Notes under the pieces: model-generated
The model's input: only the letters and a program-made list of their open reading frames with translations
Databases searched by the model: none
Told to the model about the DNA's origin: nothing
In this document: one piece after another, positions 24,443 through 37,461 of the stretch
Layout of the letters: every line of letters begins with the position of its first letter
Numbering within the stretch: the first letter of the stretch is position 1
From: Macrostomum lignano
Taxonomy: Eukaryota
DNA: 64,000 nucleotides
Direction of reading: 5' to 3'
Assembly: GCA_002269645.1 (NCBI GenBank)
Contig: NIVC01000440.1
Location: 434,001 to 498,000, forward strand
Translations under genes and position numbers: made by a program

Positions 24443-27400
24443 TCAGGACGCCGCGTCAACCTGGTCGATCATCTTAGCCAGCAGGCTCAAGTTGAGCAGC
24501 TTCAGCGGTCCCTCGGTGATCTTGACGACGCCTTCGTTGGTGTCCACACTGAGGCACTGGCCAGTCTGGTGCCGGTCCTCGCCGGCGATCACCTTCACTC
24601 GGTCGCCGGACTCGGGCACTCTCGGCGTCAGGTGCTGCGCGTTCACCGACACGACTCGCTTCTCAGCGGGCAGGTAGACGCTCGCCTGGTGGCCCGACAC
24701 GCCGCGCACGTGACCCTCAAGATTGCGCAACGATTCGTCCTCGCAGCTGGCCCTGATTGTCACCACAATGTCGGGCGTCACCCATTCCACACCGTCTGAG
24801 GAGTTCTGGTGCAGCAGAGCTCCGCCCGGAGTGTGCGGCGTGTAGGGCAGGCCGCCTGGGGTCAGCGGGCTGAAGCCGGGCGACGGGCTGAAGTCAGAGC
24901 CAGACATCGGCGAGGCCTCCGTGATGCCGCGAGCCGTTGGAGTCAGCGGGGCACCGGCGGACACCTGGGATAGAAACGGTGAAAGTGAGCACCTGTTTGG
25001 AGCACAGGCTAAACTCCTTGATAGCCTCCCTCAGCTGGTCATTGAGCAGCATTCCCCACACCCTCAGCTAGTCATTGAGCAGCATTCCCCACACCCTCAG
25101 CTATTCATTGAGCAGCATTCCCCACACCCTCAGATGGTCACTGAGCAGCATTCCCCACACCCTCAGCTGGTCACTGAGCACCATCCCCACACCCTCAGCT
25201 GGTCACTGAGCACCATCCCCACACCCTCAGCTGGTCATTGAGCAGCATCCGCCACACCCTCAGCTGGTCACTGAGCAGCATTCTCCACACCCTCAGCTGG
25301 TCATTGAGCACCATCCCCACACCCTCAGCTGGTCATTGAGCAGCATCCCCCACACCCTCAGCTGGTCACTGAGCAGCATCCATCACACCCTCAGCTGGTC
25401 ATTGAGCAGCATCCATCACACCCTCAGCTGGTCATTGAGCAGCATCCCCCACACCCTCAGATGGTCATTGAGCAGCATTCCCCACACCCTCAGATGGTCA
25501 CTGAGCAGCATCCCCACACCCTCAGCTGGTCATTGAGCACCACCCCCACACTCTCCGCTGGTCATTGAGCAGCATTCCCCACACCCTCAGCTGGTCACTG
25601 AGCACCACCCCACACCCTCCGCTGGTCATTGAGCACCACCCCCACACCCTCAGCTGGTCATTGAGCAGCATCCCCCACACCCTCCGCTGGTCATTGAGCA
25701 GCATCCCCCACACCCTCAGCTGGTCACTGAGCAGCATCCCCCACACCCTCAGCTGGTCATTGAGCAGCATCCCCCACACCCTCAGCTGGTCATTGAGCAG
25801 CATCCCCCACACCCTCAGCTGGTCATTGAGCAGCATCCCCCACACCCTCAGCTGGTCACTGAGCAGCATCCCCCACACCCTCAGCTGGTCACTGAGCAGC
25901 ATCCCCCACACCCTCAGCTGGTCATTGAGCAGCATCCCCCACACCCTCAGCTGGTCACTGAGCAGCATCCCCACAACCTCAGCGGGCAGTGACTCACAGA
26001 CGGGGTCTCCATCTCGTAGTCATAGTCAAACGAGTCGGGCCCGAAGCGGTGCCTGGGCGTCGCTCCCGAAGTCGGGTCCCAGGCGGAGCCGGGATGGCCA
26101 GGAGTGGCGCCGCCCTCGGCCCTAGGCGTCATATTGCCGTAGTGCGGAGTCCTGGAGCCGTCGTGAATCGGGGTCTGGCCGCCGGCGCCGTACATCGGGG
26201 TCCGACCTGAGCCGCCGCCCATTCCGTAGCCGGGAGTCTGGGCGCCGTGCAGCGGCGTGCGGCCGTAGGTGCTGGCTGACGGCCGGTTCTGGCGCTGCCC
26301 GTCCACCGGGGTGATTCGTGATCGATCAACGCTGATCATCTTGTACTGGGAGTGCAGCTCCAGCCGTACCGTGTTGTCAATCACGTCCTTCACAATGCCC
26401 ACGTGATTCTTGAAATGACCTTGCGTCACTCTGACTGTCTGGCCGATCAGGCCGCGGTCGGCCGCCGCCGCCGCAGCAGCCGCGGCTGCCGAAGCAGAAC
26501 GGAAGCCTCTGCCGCGGCCGCCGGTGTCCATAGCTGGGGCGCCTACGCCACCGCCGCCGCCGCTCATGGGGTGGATGGGGCTGGCGAACGGCTGCGACAG
26601 AGGCTTGGGCGGCCCTCCACCGCCTCCGCCAACCCGGGCGGCAGAGGTGCCCCCGCCAGCCCGCTGCAGGTGTCGAGTTCGGGCCACCACAATGCCGCCG
26701 TTCTCAGAGTGGGTGCGGCAGTAGACGAACGCCCAGGAGCGGAATATGTGACGGACCTCACCCTGGAGATTAAAGAAATGGGTTGGATTATGCTAATGCT
26801 CACCGATCTCTTATGGTCCGGTCCCCTACCACCCTCCCTCTCTCCCCTACCACCCTCCCTCTCACCCCTACCACCCTCCCTCTCACCCCTACCAGCCTCC
26901 CTCTCACCCCTACCAGCCTCCCTCTCACCCCTACCAGCCTCCCTCTCTCCCCTACCACCCTCCCTCTCTCCCCTACCACCCTCCATCTCTCCTCTATCAC
27001 TCTCCCTCTCTCCCCTACCACCCTTCCTCTCACCCCTACCAGCCGCCCTCTCTCCCCTACCACCCTCCCTCTCTCCCCTACCACCCTCCCACTCTCCCCT
27101 TTCATTCCCATCCACCCTACCATCCCTATCTCTCCTATTAACCATATCTACCCTATCATCACCCATCCCCCCTATTACCCTCCCTTTACCACTATCGGCG
27201 GCAAGAAACCAACCTGGTAGCCGCTGTGCGGTCCCTCGGCAATCTTGACCACCTCCTTGGGCTGGATCGGGTGCCCGTCAGCGTCCAACGCCTGGGCGTG
27301 CCGATTGTCCCGCCTGCGCAGCAGGGCGTTCTGCTTCACCCGGATGACCTTGTCGTGCATAGTGAGCAGCGAGAAGTGCTCCTTCTCTAGGCGGATGATC

Positions 27401-28325
27401 ACGCCAACAGTTTGCGGATCAATCTGCACCAGGTCGCCAATCTGGTAGTGTCCGGCCTGGTCAACGCCTGTGGAAGTCTCAGCGCACAGTTGAAGGTCTT
27501 TCACGGCCACTTTGAACTCGTTGAAGGTCAGGTCGGACAGGACAATGGCTACGCTGTTGTCTACGCGAATCACAAGGCCTGTGTCGCCTTCGAAACGGCC
27601 GCCGATGGCCTGGAGTGATATATTGAAAATTATATAGTAGTTTTTTTCCATGCTATTATTTACTGGCACTACTCAACTGCGGACGAATTAGGTTGGGGTT
27701 TAGCAGTCAATTTGTGGCTGTCAAATTGAGGCAGTCAGGTTCGGTGCGTAGAGACGGAAAACAAACAAGTTTTCACAGGAACTGCTCGTTGTGTTGGCAG
27801 ATGGAAGGATTCCGGGTGAGTGCAAGGGGGAGGGATATTTCATGAGAGACGGCGATAGAGGAGAGAGGGAGGGTGGTAGGGGAGAGAGGGAGGGTGGTAG
27901 GGATGAGAGGGAGGCTGGTAGGGGAGAGAGAGGGTGATAGGGTAGAGAGGGAGGGTGAAAGGGGAGAGGGGGAGGGTGAAAGGGGAGAGAGGGAGGGTGA
28001 AAGGGGAGAGAGGGAGGGTGAAAGGGGAGAGAGGGAGGGTGGTAGGGGAGAGAGGGAGGGTGAAAGGGGAGAGAGGGAGGGTGAAAGGGGAGAGAGGGAG
28101 GGTGAAAGGGGAGAGAGGGAGGGTGGTAGGGGAGAGAGGGAGTGTGGTAGGCGAGAGAGGGAGTGTGGTAGGCGAGAGAGGGGGGTGGTAGAGAGAGAGG
28201 GAGGTGTTAGGGGAGAGAGGGAGGCTGGTAGGGGTGAGAGGGAGGCTGGTAGGAGTGAGAGGGAGGCTGGTAGGGGTGAGAGGGAGGGTGGTAGGGGAGA
28301 GAGGGAGGGTGGTAGGGGAACAGAG

Positions 28326-28410
<85 letters not shown>

Positions 28411-31400
28411 AGGGGGAGAGAGGAAGTTAGAGAGGTGGGTGAAATGGGATCAGAAGCAGGTCACTGGGTGAATCTGAGGGCCCAGATAACACATCCCAGA
28501 TGATCAAATTCAAGCAGCCCGAAGCCCGCAGCCAACCAACCTTGACGTGATTGCCTGGGTTGAAGTGCTTCCTCAGCTCGCTAGACGGGAACGGCAGCGG
28601 GTCTTTGAGATCGTCGTGATTCGGCAGTATGGTGACCTCGTCACCTTCAATCCGAATAACCCGTCCCTGAAGGTCCTTGAGTTCGCCTTCACAAACTTCA
28701 ACAACGTCGCCAGGAGCGAAAGCGTGGGCGGATGAGTCCGATCGACTGCCGGAGCCCACGTTGAGCATCTCGAGTCCAGCGGGGGTGTCTGGGGTAGCCT
28801 GGAACTTCTCCAGTTCGGTTAGAGTCGGCTTTACTCCTTCGCTAATGATGGCGTTCATTTTGAATGTCTTACGCAAGAAGCCTTTGATGTCGTAATAGTT
28901 ACCCTCGAATATTGTGTAGTCGCCTTCTCGATTGGTCTCGCCGCCAATCTCGTGGATTCGGGTGCGATCGAATAGGGCCTGCATAGCAACAGGATTTGAC
29001 AGGTAGGGTGATAGAGGTAAGCGAGCTTTCGCAGTGTGTCTAAAACACAAACGATGCTAGAATAAACAAGTGAAACTCGCAAAATGTGCTTATACCTCTT
29101 TATCTAAAGAGTTTTTGATTTATACTAATACAAAAATTTAAAAGCTTATTTAACTTTTCGAGGCAACAATCGCCTCTGGTTTTCTACAAGCAGACCCATT
29201 ATATTGGCATCTTCATCCTGTTTTACCGAGTCCAGACTGCAGGAAAACTTGAAACCGAGAAAGATATCTCTCCTTCCTTACTGCTCTCTCATTGGCTGAG
29301 CTAGATCGGGCCTACCCTCAAGACGTCTCGTCCGTCTGACTTTGACCTCTCTCCTTACTGCTCTCTCATTGGCTGGGCTAGATTGGACCTGCCCCCTAGA
29401 CTGAGTTTCGTCCGTCTGACTTTGACCTCTCTCCTTACTGCTCTCTCATTGGCTGGGCTAGATTGGACCTGCCCCCTAGACTGAGTTTCGTACGTCTGAC
29501 TTTGACCTCTCTCCTTACTGCTCTCTCATTGGCTGGGCTAGATTGGACCTGCCCCCGAGACTGAGTTTCGTCCGTCTGACTTTGACCTCTCTCCTTAATG
29601 CTCTCTCATTGGCTGGGCTAGATTGGACCTGCCCCCTAGACTGAGTTTCGTCCGTCTGACTTTGACCTCTCTCCTTACTGCTCTCTCATTGGCTGGGCTA
29701 GATTGGACCTGCCCCCTAGACTGAGTTTCGTTCGTCTGACTTTGACCTCTCTCCTTACTGCTCTCTCATTGGCTGGGCTAGATTGGACCTGCCCCCTAGA
29801 CTGAGTTTCGTCCGTCTGACTTTGACCTCTCTCCTTAATGCTCTCTCATTGGCTGGGCTAGATTGGACCTGCCCCCTAGACTGAGTTTCGTCCGTCTGAC
29901 TTTGACCTCTCTCCTTAATGCTCTCTCATTGGCTGAGCTAGATCGGGCCTGCCCCCTAGACTGAGTTTTTGCCGTCTCTTACACTTGTGTACATTGAGTA
30001 AAATGCCTGTTGTTCATTCTTAATCATTTTTGCTCCTGACATCGTCCCGCAACGGTTTGCGCACGGAATCCAAACCAGCTCTCTCACCTGAGGAAACCGC
30101 TTGAACCGCCTCTTATTCATCGCCTGCTGCTCCCCGCCGCCAGCGTCCTTGTCCTGGCCGCGCAGCACTCCCCGCTTCCTGCTGTAGTCAATCCGCGGCA
30201 GCAGCACCAGGTCCACCTGGTTCATGGATTCTCGAACTTCGTACACCCTGGCCAGGTCGTCTTTAAACAAGCCGGTTTTAAGCCGAACCCACTGGCCGGG
30301 CCGAAGCGCCGTTGTATCTTTAACAACGCGAAGTACGTCGGTCATCTCGCCAATGGGCACCATCTGCTGCTGGTAGCGGCCGCGGCTCAACGCACCGATG
30401 CCTTCAATAGCCTGCTTGACGTGCGTGAGCTTGAACGATTCAATGTACACGTAGCCTTTCAGATTGTCCTTGGCGATCACTGATTTTATCTGGAGCGGCT
30501 CGTCCGTATTCTGGTAGGCGATCATCTTGCGCATCAGGCTGAGCACCACCTGCCGATGGGATTGATTGACAGGTGAGACAGATTCTAGATTAATTATATG
30601 GATAGCTGAAGATCGGTTAATCTGGTTGAATTACAATAGTAAGGCAGACAGACTATATATACCCAGCATGTATAGGACAAAGACTATACATACCCAGCAT
30701 GTATAGGACAAAGACTATACATACCCAGCATGTATAGGACAAAGACTATACATACCCAGCATGTATAGGACAAAGACTATACATACCCAGCATGTATAGG
30801 ACAAAGACTATACATACCCAGCATACATAAGACAAAGACTATACACACAGACTATACAGACAAAGACAGATGCATAGATAAGCTGCCCAGACCAGAACAA
30901 GTCAACAAAGAGTCAAACCTGCTTCTCCTCGCCCTCCTGGCAGCGGACCACCCACAGGTTGGGATCCTTGACGCCGGGCAGATTGCTCTGCTGGCTAATC
31001 TCGTCGGCCATGTGTGCACCCTGGCCGAATCGCTCCGCCCCGGCGGCGCCGCGCGAATACCGGTTGCGATAATAGTTCTCAATCTCCTCCTCCTCCTCGG
31101 GGTCGAACCGGTCCTTCTCGCTGTTCCATCGTTCGTCGTTGTTGTAGCGCAGGCGCTCCTCGAACTCCTTGGCCGTCTCCGCGGCCAGCTTGGACTCGTC
31201 CAACAGGCCGAGATCGTCTCCGTCTTCATCTTCGTCGTCGTCATCATCATCGTCGACGTCGGCCTCATCGACTACGAAGCTGCGCGGATCGAACTGCTTG
31301 CGACTGTCGCCGCGCCTGCGCTTGCCCTTGTCTGAGCTGGACTTCCTCTGGCTAGAGCCCGATGCGCCTGCATAATTGTTTTTGCATTGTGATTGCATGC

Positions 31401-33555
31401 CGGAAAATTTTAGGCTAATAATAGATCAGGGAATTTCCTCGATTGTACATACATGGTGGAAAACAACCAGTTAGCTAAAAATAGAACAAGGATTCCCTTA
31501 ACTATATATGCATATTAGAAAGCAGCACACAAAAGCTAAAAATACGAGGGTTGTGTCATAAATTCGCTGACAAACTTACATAGTGTCTGTTTCTTTTGTA
31601 CTTTGGGGCAGAATTTTTTGTTACAGACTAAGGCACCATCGATCTTATTGTCTATGGAAAATCTTCCCTCTGGCTTTTGAGATAAGGCAGAAATCGAGTG
31701 GCATTCAAACCACCCTTCTAGCCAGTATGGAGAAAAGTGAAGCTGCCAAGCGCACTGTCATTTGGTCGTTGTGGAAGCAGCAGAAGAAGCAGGCTGATAT
31801 TTACTGCGAGCTGCTGCAAATCTTTGGTGAGGATGCACCTTCGAAACAAACTGTGTCAAAGTGGGTGCAGCGCTTTGAGGACGGCTGGGAGACAGTTGAT
31901 GATGCTCCCCGACCCCGCCCAGGTGCACCGCGGTCATCCACTTCCAGTGACAACATCCAGCGTGTGCAGCATGCCCTGGACGATGATCGTGGAGCAACCC
32001 TGAGGCAGTTAGAGGACTTGTTGGCGATACCAATGAAGAGCATTCATCGCATCATCTCCGACCATCTGCATATGACACGAGTTGTTGCACGATGGGTCCC
32101 TAAACTGCTGACTCCTGTCCAACTGCAAGAGAGGGTCCAGATGTGCCGCCACCTGCTCAACGCCTATCAAAACGAGCCCGACTTTCTTGGCCGCCTGGTG
32201 ACTGGTGATGAAACGTGGTTTCACTTCTACGAACCGGAAACAAAACAGCAGAGCAGCGTCTGGAAGGCTACTCACGAACCCCCACCGGTCAAGGCCAAGG
32301 CGGTGCAGTCAGCAGGTAAGCGCATGGCCACCGTGTTCTGGGACAGAGAAGGCATCTTGCTGATCGAGTGGCTACCTGAAGGCAGAACCATCAATGCCAG
32401 TACTACTGTGAAATATTGGAACGGCTGCGTGAGAAGATCAAGAGTGAGCGCCGGGGAAGGATCACCAGGGGCACTGTGCTGCAGCAGGACAACGCCAGGC
32501 CGCATACCTGCAATGCAACTATGGATGTCATCAGGAGACTAGGCTTCGAGTTGCTGCCTCACCCTGCCTATTCTCCTGACCTGGCCCCTAGTGACTACTG
32601 GTTGTTCCCTAAAATGAAAGAGCCTCTTCGTGGCCATCGCTATGGAAGCCTTTCTGCACTTAGCTCGGCCATCAGCCAGTGGGTACGAGGGACCCCCACG
32701 GAATTCTTCGCTCAGGGCATCAGCAAGCTGCCAGAAAGATGGCACAAATGTGTGCAGCTTGGGGGTGACTATGTTGAGAAGTGCAATGTTGACAATTAGC
32801 TGTTCTTTGTTTTGTTTCTTTGATATTTGCAGTTGTCAGCGAATTTATGACACAACCCTCGTAGAACAGGGAATTCTCTCAATTGTATATACATAATAGA
32901 ACACACCATATGATGGCTAAAAATAGAACAGGGAATTCTCTCACTTGTACATACATATTAAAACACACCACATGATAGCTAAAAACAGAACAGGATTCCA
33001 CAGGTTCCCTTTGTCTTCCTGGGTTCAGACACTGGGTTGCCAAATTGAAAACCGGGATGTCAGCTGGCATCAGTAAAAAATCATAATTAATCAAACACCA
33101 CCAGGTCTACCCTACAAATTCCACTGTTTAGCCTCTCTGACCTACAGAAATTGCAAAGTTTACAGACTCCAAAATTTGGCAATTTGATAGTTTTGAACTC
33201 CCAGAAATCGCAAAAATTATAAAATTTTTCATACCCAAAATAAAAAAAGGAGTCACAGAACTACAGAAATTAAATCAAATGGCATCTAGCTTAGAAAAAA
33301 ACAGGGTGCCAATTGACTGAGCTAAAAATAGAACAGGGACTACCCCGAACTAAATTAGGGGATTCCCGAAGAAGTCCAGTAAAGCCTGACCACATCGCAA
33401 CTACCTGAGGTCAAATTTTTACCTTGCCGAGACCGCTTCGAAGGCGGCTGGTTGTCCTCTTCGAGATCCTCGAGCTCTTCCGAGTCGATCTCGTCGTCGT
33501 CCTCCTCTTCGACTTCTTCGTCTTCAACTTTGTCGGATTCTGAGTCGGACGGCAT
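24443..33555 (-). CDS. SUPT5H: Transcription elongation factor SPT5 (DSIF large subunit), 1054 aa, 7 coding exons
   Basis: Exons 33555-33423, 31367-30919, 30549-30088, 28978-28541, 27609-27214, 26762-25998, 24964-24443 (3165 nt; all GT-AG, phases consistent). Acidic N-terminus; NGN domain (PGVKDPNLWVVRC..GEEK..LKGYVYIES); KOW domains (FAPGDVVEVCEGEL, IGQTVRVTQGHFK); CTR repeats (GRTPMYG, GSRTPHYG); C-terminal KOW (DRVKVIAGED). Confidence 0.96.
25025..25985. repeat. 32-33-bp tandem repeat (CCTCAGCTGGTCATTGAGCAGCATCCCCCACAC) filling the last SPT5 intron
   Basis: Seen directly. Confidence 0.95.
26822..27185 (+). repeat. 21-bp C-rich repeat (CCCTACCACCCTCCCTCTCTC)
   Basis: Seen directly; reverse complement of the array at 27860-28320. 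Confidence 0.93.
27860..28408 (-). repeat. 21-bp G-rich repeat (GGTAGGGGAGAGAGGGAGGGT) followed by (GA)n(GT)n microsatellites
   Basis: Seen directly. Confidence 0.93.
29269..29970. repeat. 80-bp tandem repeat, ~8.5 copies, SPT5 intron
   Basis: TTTGACCTCT recurs at 29341, 29421, 29501 and onward. Confidence 0.96.
30648..30860. repeat. 31-bp tandem repeat (AGACTATACATACCCAGCATGTATAGGACAA)
   Basis: Seen directly. Confidence 0.93.
31545..32861 (+). mobile_element. Mariner (Tc1/mariner, DD34D) transposon, full length 1317 bp, in an SPT5 intron
   Basis: Perfect 29-bp TIRs (CGAGGGTTGTGTCATAAATTCGCTGACAA); TA duplication at 31543-44 and 32862-63. Confidence 0.97.
31727..32799 (+). pseudogene. Mariner transposase (~357 aa) with a single 1-nt frameshift at ~32399
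   Basis: Motifs WVPKLL, TGDETW, DNARPH, YSPDLAPSDY; 34 residues between the second and third Asp; two ORFs overlap (31583-32542 and 32416-32799). Confidence 0.93.
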
Positions 33556-36152
33556 GGCTGACAGATGACCAGATGCTGCTAGGCTGGAGCAGAAGTATCA
33601 ATGCTTTTGTGCTATTCATTATTGTAACACTGTGACGCATTGTAAAACTCATACGTTGCTACCTAAAAAAATTAAGAGACTAACAACACATACTTAAGAC
33701 TATGACTCAAGCAAGGAAGAGCTCAATGTGCTTTTTTGTTAAACTTTGACCATAGAATATGCACTGCCAATACTTTTATTAATTATACTTTTTAATTATA
33801 ACAATATAATTGTAAAAACTTGAGTAAGCTTCCTGTGACTTGCTAATCTATTTATTATTCATGAATAAGGAAAAATCTAAATAAAAGGTAGGTTTATTTG
33901 CACATGAACACTTTGCAAAACAATTAAATAAAATTATTGGTTTTGATTAGGCTGATGATAAACTATGAATTTTCATCTTTTAGAAAAAGCTTGCTAAAAT
34001 TGCAATATTAACAAAAAATAGATTTTGTCCTTTTAAAATTGAGCAAAAGGGTAAGTTTAATACAAAGGGCCAATACAAAATTCAGAGCCAATGTATTAAT
34101 TTTTCCAATATTCCATCTCTATTATTATTTGCAGTTTTTAATTCTCAGCCAACTATTATATTGTATGTACTTAAATCTGCCCCCCAAACCTTCCAATGCA
34201 GCCCCAAGGTCCTCAATGATCTAGCATTTCATCTAGTCTCTTGGTCTTTCATCCGACCTCTCTCTTTGCATCACTGTTTTATGTTGGCATTTTATGGTGA
34301 AAGATAGGCTACAGGTCTGAATGTTTCTAGGAGGCAGTAATTAGGTTTGGAATGAGAAGAGAAAGAACAAGACAGGTTTTGGAGTGAAGGAATCTCTTAT
34401 GGTGTGGATGAAATGAGATTTTGATCACTGTCAATTTAAAATATTTGTTTAGACTAAAAAGATGCAACTGTGGTGTTTTAATTCTTTCAGTTATTGGCCT
34501 TTAAGCCCTTGAAAAATTTTGCTATTTGGCCCTTGTTCTAACAATGTTGCTAGGGCCTAACCCCTGATTTAGAATTAGACTATACCCACAACAGGAGAAA
34601 AAATATTGGCTATTGCATAAAAAAGAAAAATAATATTTGGCACATTGTATCTAAGGCCTAGATTTGACTTTTTATAAATTATGCCTGAATTTTTTTTAAC
34701 CATGCCCTATTTTGTAAGATTTATTGTATTCATATCATAGTTAGAGAAGTGCTTTTGCCATAGACAATTTTGATATATAAAAAGAATCCTTAATACATTT
34801 GTTACAAAATTTTAATGCACACTAAGGTCTCTGACTTCATTGTGGCTAATGCATATATTGCACAATTTTTAGCAATTTTTTTATAAAATATATAATTAAA
34901 AAACTTATCAATCTAATATACATTGTTAAATGTTTAATTTCTATAAATGTTAAATATAGTTTTTAGAAGTTAGTACATAGAAATAGCATGGAGAAATAAA
35001 TGGTATAGATCATCCTCCAATTTTTGTTCTATGCTATACCATTTTTAACTATGATTCCTATGATTCTAAGAAAACTAGAAACAAAACAAAAATGATACAT
35101 TGAATATAGAAATTGATTATTTCAATATATAAAGAAAATATTCTTTGTAAATAACATTTTAGTAAAAAATGATTAGTTGACTTAGGCCTACATAATGGAC
35201 AGAATATTTAGGCTTGGCCTTAAATTTTATGCTTACAAATAAGTAAAAATATTTTGCAACTTTTTTACTTGACACAATTTAAAAAATGACAAGGTATTTT
35301 CTATTTAGGCCTTTTCAGAGGTTAGCCAGGTGGGATTTATAAAGTTTAATAAAAATACTGCAAAATAACTTTTAAGATCTCACTCACTTGCAGGAGTCCC
35401 TATACAATCTATATTATATTAAAAGTTAAAATAGGGCCTAGAAAGAATACAGTATTTTGCAATTGCTAGACTACTGCTGAAAACATTAAAGTATCAACTT
35501 TTCTAATAGATAAAATGATTTAATACATTTTTAGAACTTATTTATTTGATGTGCATATTTTCTCAAAGTTAAGACTCAGGCAATCCATTGGTTTCTTGCT
35601 CTAAACTATTTTAGCACTTATAATAATATTGTTCTATGTTATCTAGCTGTCAATCACCATAGACTAGTTGCCCTTGCTTTGACATTAACCAACTAAGCCT
35701 TGAAATGGTTGGCTAGGCACTAAGCAATATCTACTAGAAAATAGTATCAGACCTATAAGAACTGCAATATTGCTATGTTACTCTAGTGCTATAAAGGTAG
35801 GAGTAGGATAGTATTGATGGCTAATATTGGGCATAAAAGAATTGCAAATATTACCATTCAGTCCAAAAGGGTTCTTTTTTAAAGTTAAAGCAATCACCTA
35901 TTGGTGCTGCAATTATTTGATATTTACTTTTGGTTAATAATAGACTTACATCAGTTTGGCAATATCTTGTATATATATCAAATAGCGGATAGTGGATTGG
36001 ATACTATTACCCTTTGTGACTAGTTTTTGATTAGTTGACTTGACTTATTCTATTATAAAAGCATTAAAACAATTTAGAAAAAAATCTAAGCTATGCTAAG
36101 ACTTGGTAGCCTATAGGCCTAAGAGCACACATGATATATAAAGGTCCTACTA

Positions 36153-37461
36153 CGAGGGTTGTTTGGAAAGTCCGCGATCAAATGTGTCTAACAGTTTAAT
36201 GGATTGAACAAATATAACGCTACTCTTCCTGCTTCTCAACGTAGGCACCCTTGAGGCTTATGCACTTGTGCCACCTCTCAGGCAACTTCTCGATGCTGGC
36301 AGCATAGAAATTGGCAGGTGATCCCCTGACCCACTGGCTGATGGCCAATGCCAGGGTCTGTAGAGAGCTGTACTAGCAACCTCGGAGGGTTTTTTCATCT
36401 CTCCGAACAGCCAGAAGTCACTGGGTGCGAGGTCCAGCGAGTAGGGTGGGTGTGGCAGCACCTTGAAGCCCAGGTCTGAAATGGCAGCCATTGTTGCCTG
36501 GCTGGTGTGCAGCCTAGCATTGTTGTGCTGAAGCAGGATGCGATGGCTCAGCTTGCCACGCCGCTGGGCCTTGATGGCTTCATGCAACTTCTGCAGGACT
36601 TGGATATTGTACTCACTGTTTATTGTGGCACCACGAGGAAGCCATTTGATGAGCAGAATACCCTCCTTGTCCCAGAAGATGGTGGCCATTTGCTTGCCAG
36701 CTGAAGGTGCAGTCAGGGCCTTGACAGGTGTGGGCTCATGGCTGGCCTTCCACACACTGCTCTGCATCTTGGACTCTGGCTCACTATAGTGAAATCAGGA
36801 TTTATCCCCAGTCACAATCCAGTCCAAAAAGTTGGGATCACTGTGATATGACTGGAGGAGCTGCCAACACACCTGGACCCGCTCTCGCTGCTGCTGGTCA
36901 ATCAGAAGTTTTGGGACCCAACAAGCAACAATGCGTGACATACCAAGCTCAACTGTCAGGATTGAATGAATGGCCATTGATGAGATGCCAGTAATGGTTG
37001 ACAACTCTCACACTGTAGCTTGGTGATCAATATCCAGAGCACAATGCACAAGCTTGATGTTTGACCTGTTGACCGTGGTGGCAGGCTGGCCACTCCGTGG
37101 AAGGTCATCGACTGTCTCCCAGCCATCTTCAAAATGCTGCACCCACTTGTTGACCATTGTTTTTGATGGTGCACATTTGCCATATGTTGCTTGCAACTCG
37201 TGAAGAATTTCTGCCTGTCACTTTCCTTGTTTCCACAAAAACCAAATGACACTTTGCTTTGCTTCTTCATTATTCAGCATAGTGATGGAATTAGTGTGTG
37301 ACTAAAAACACTATAAGAAGAAAATTCCTGGCTCAAACAAGACCACTCTTGATTTAAAACATTCAGGGTATGATATTTGTTATGGTATAAAGTTTCAAGA
37401 CAAAGTAGTGACTCAAAAAAAGATATGCATGTTTGATTGCAGACTTTTTAAACAACCCTCA
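36153..37461 (-). mobile_element. Decayed mariner, full length 1309 bp, in the SPT5 5'-UTR intron; broken transposase ~37280-36220
   Basis: 30-bp TIRs with 5 mismatches; TA at 36151-52 and 37462-63; motifs WVPKLL, HPPYSLDLAPSDFWLF; stops and frameshifts. Confidence 0.93.
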
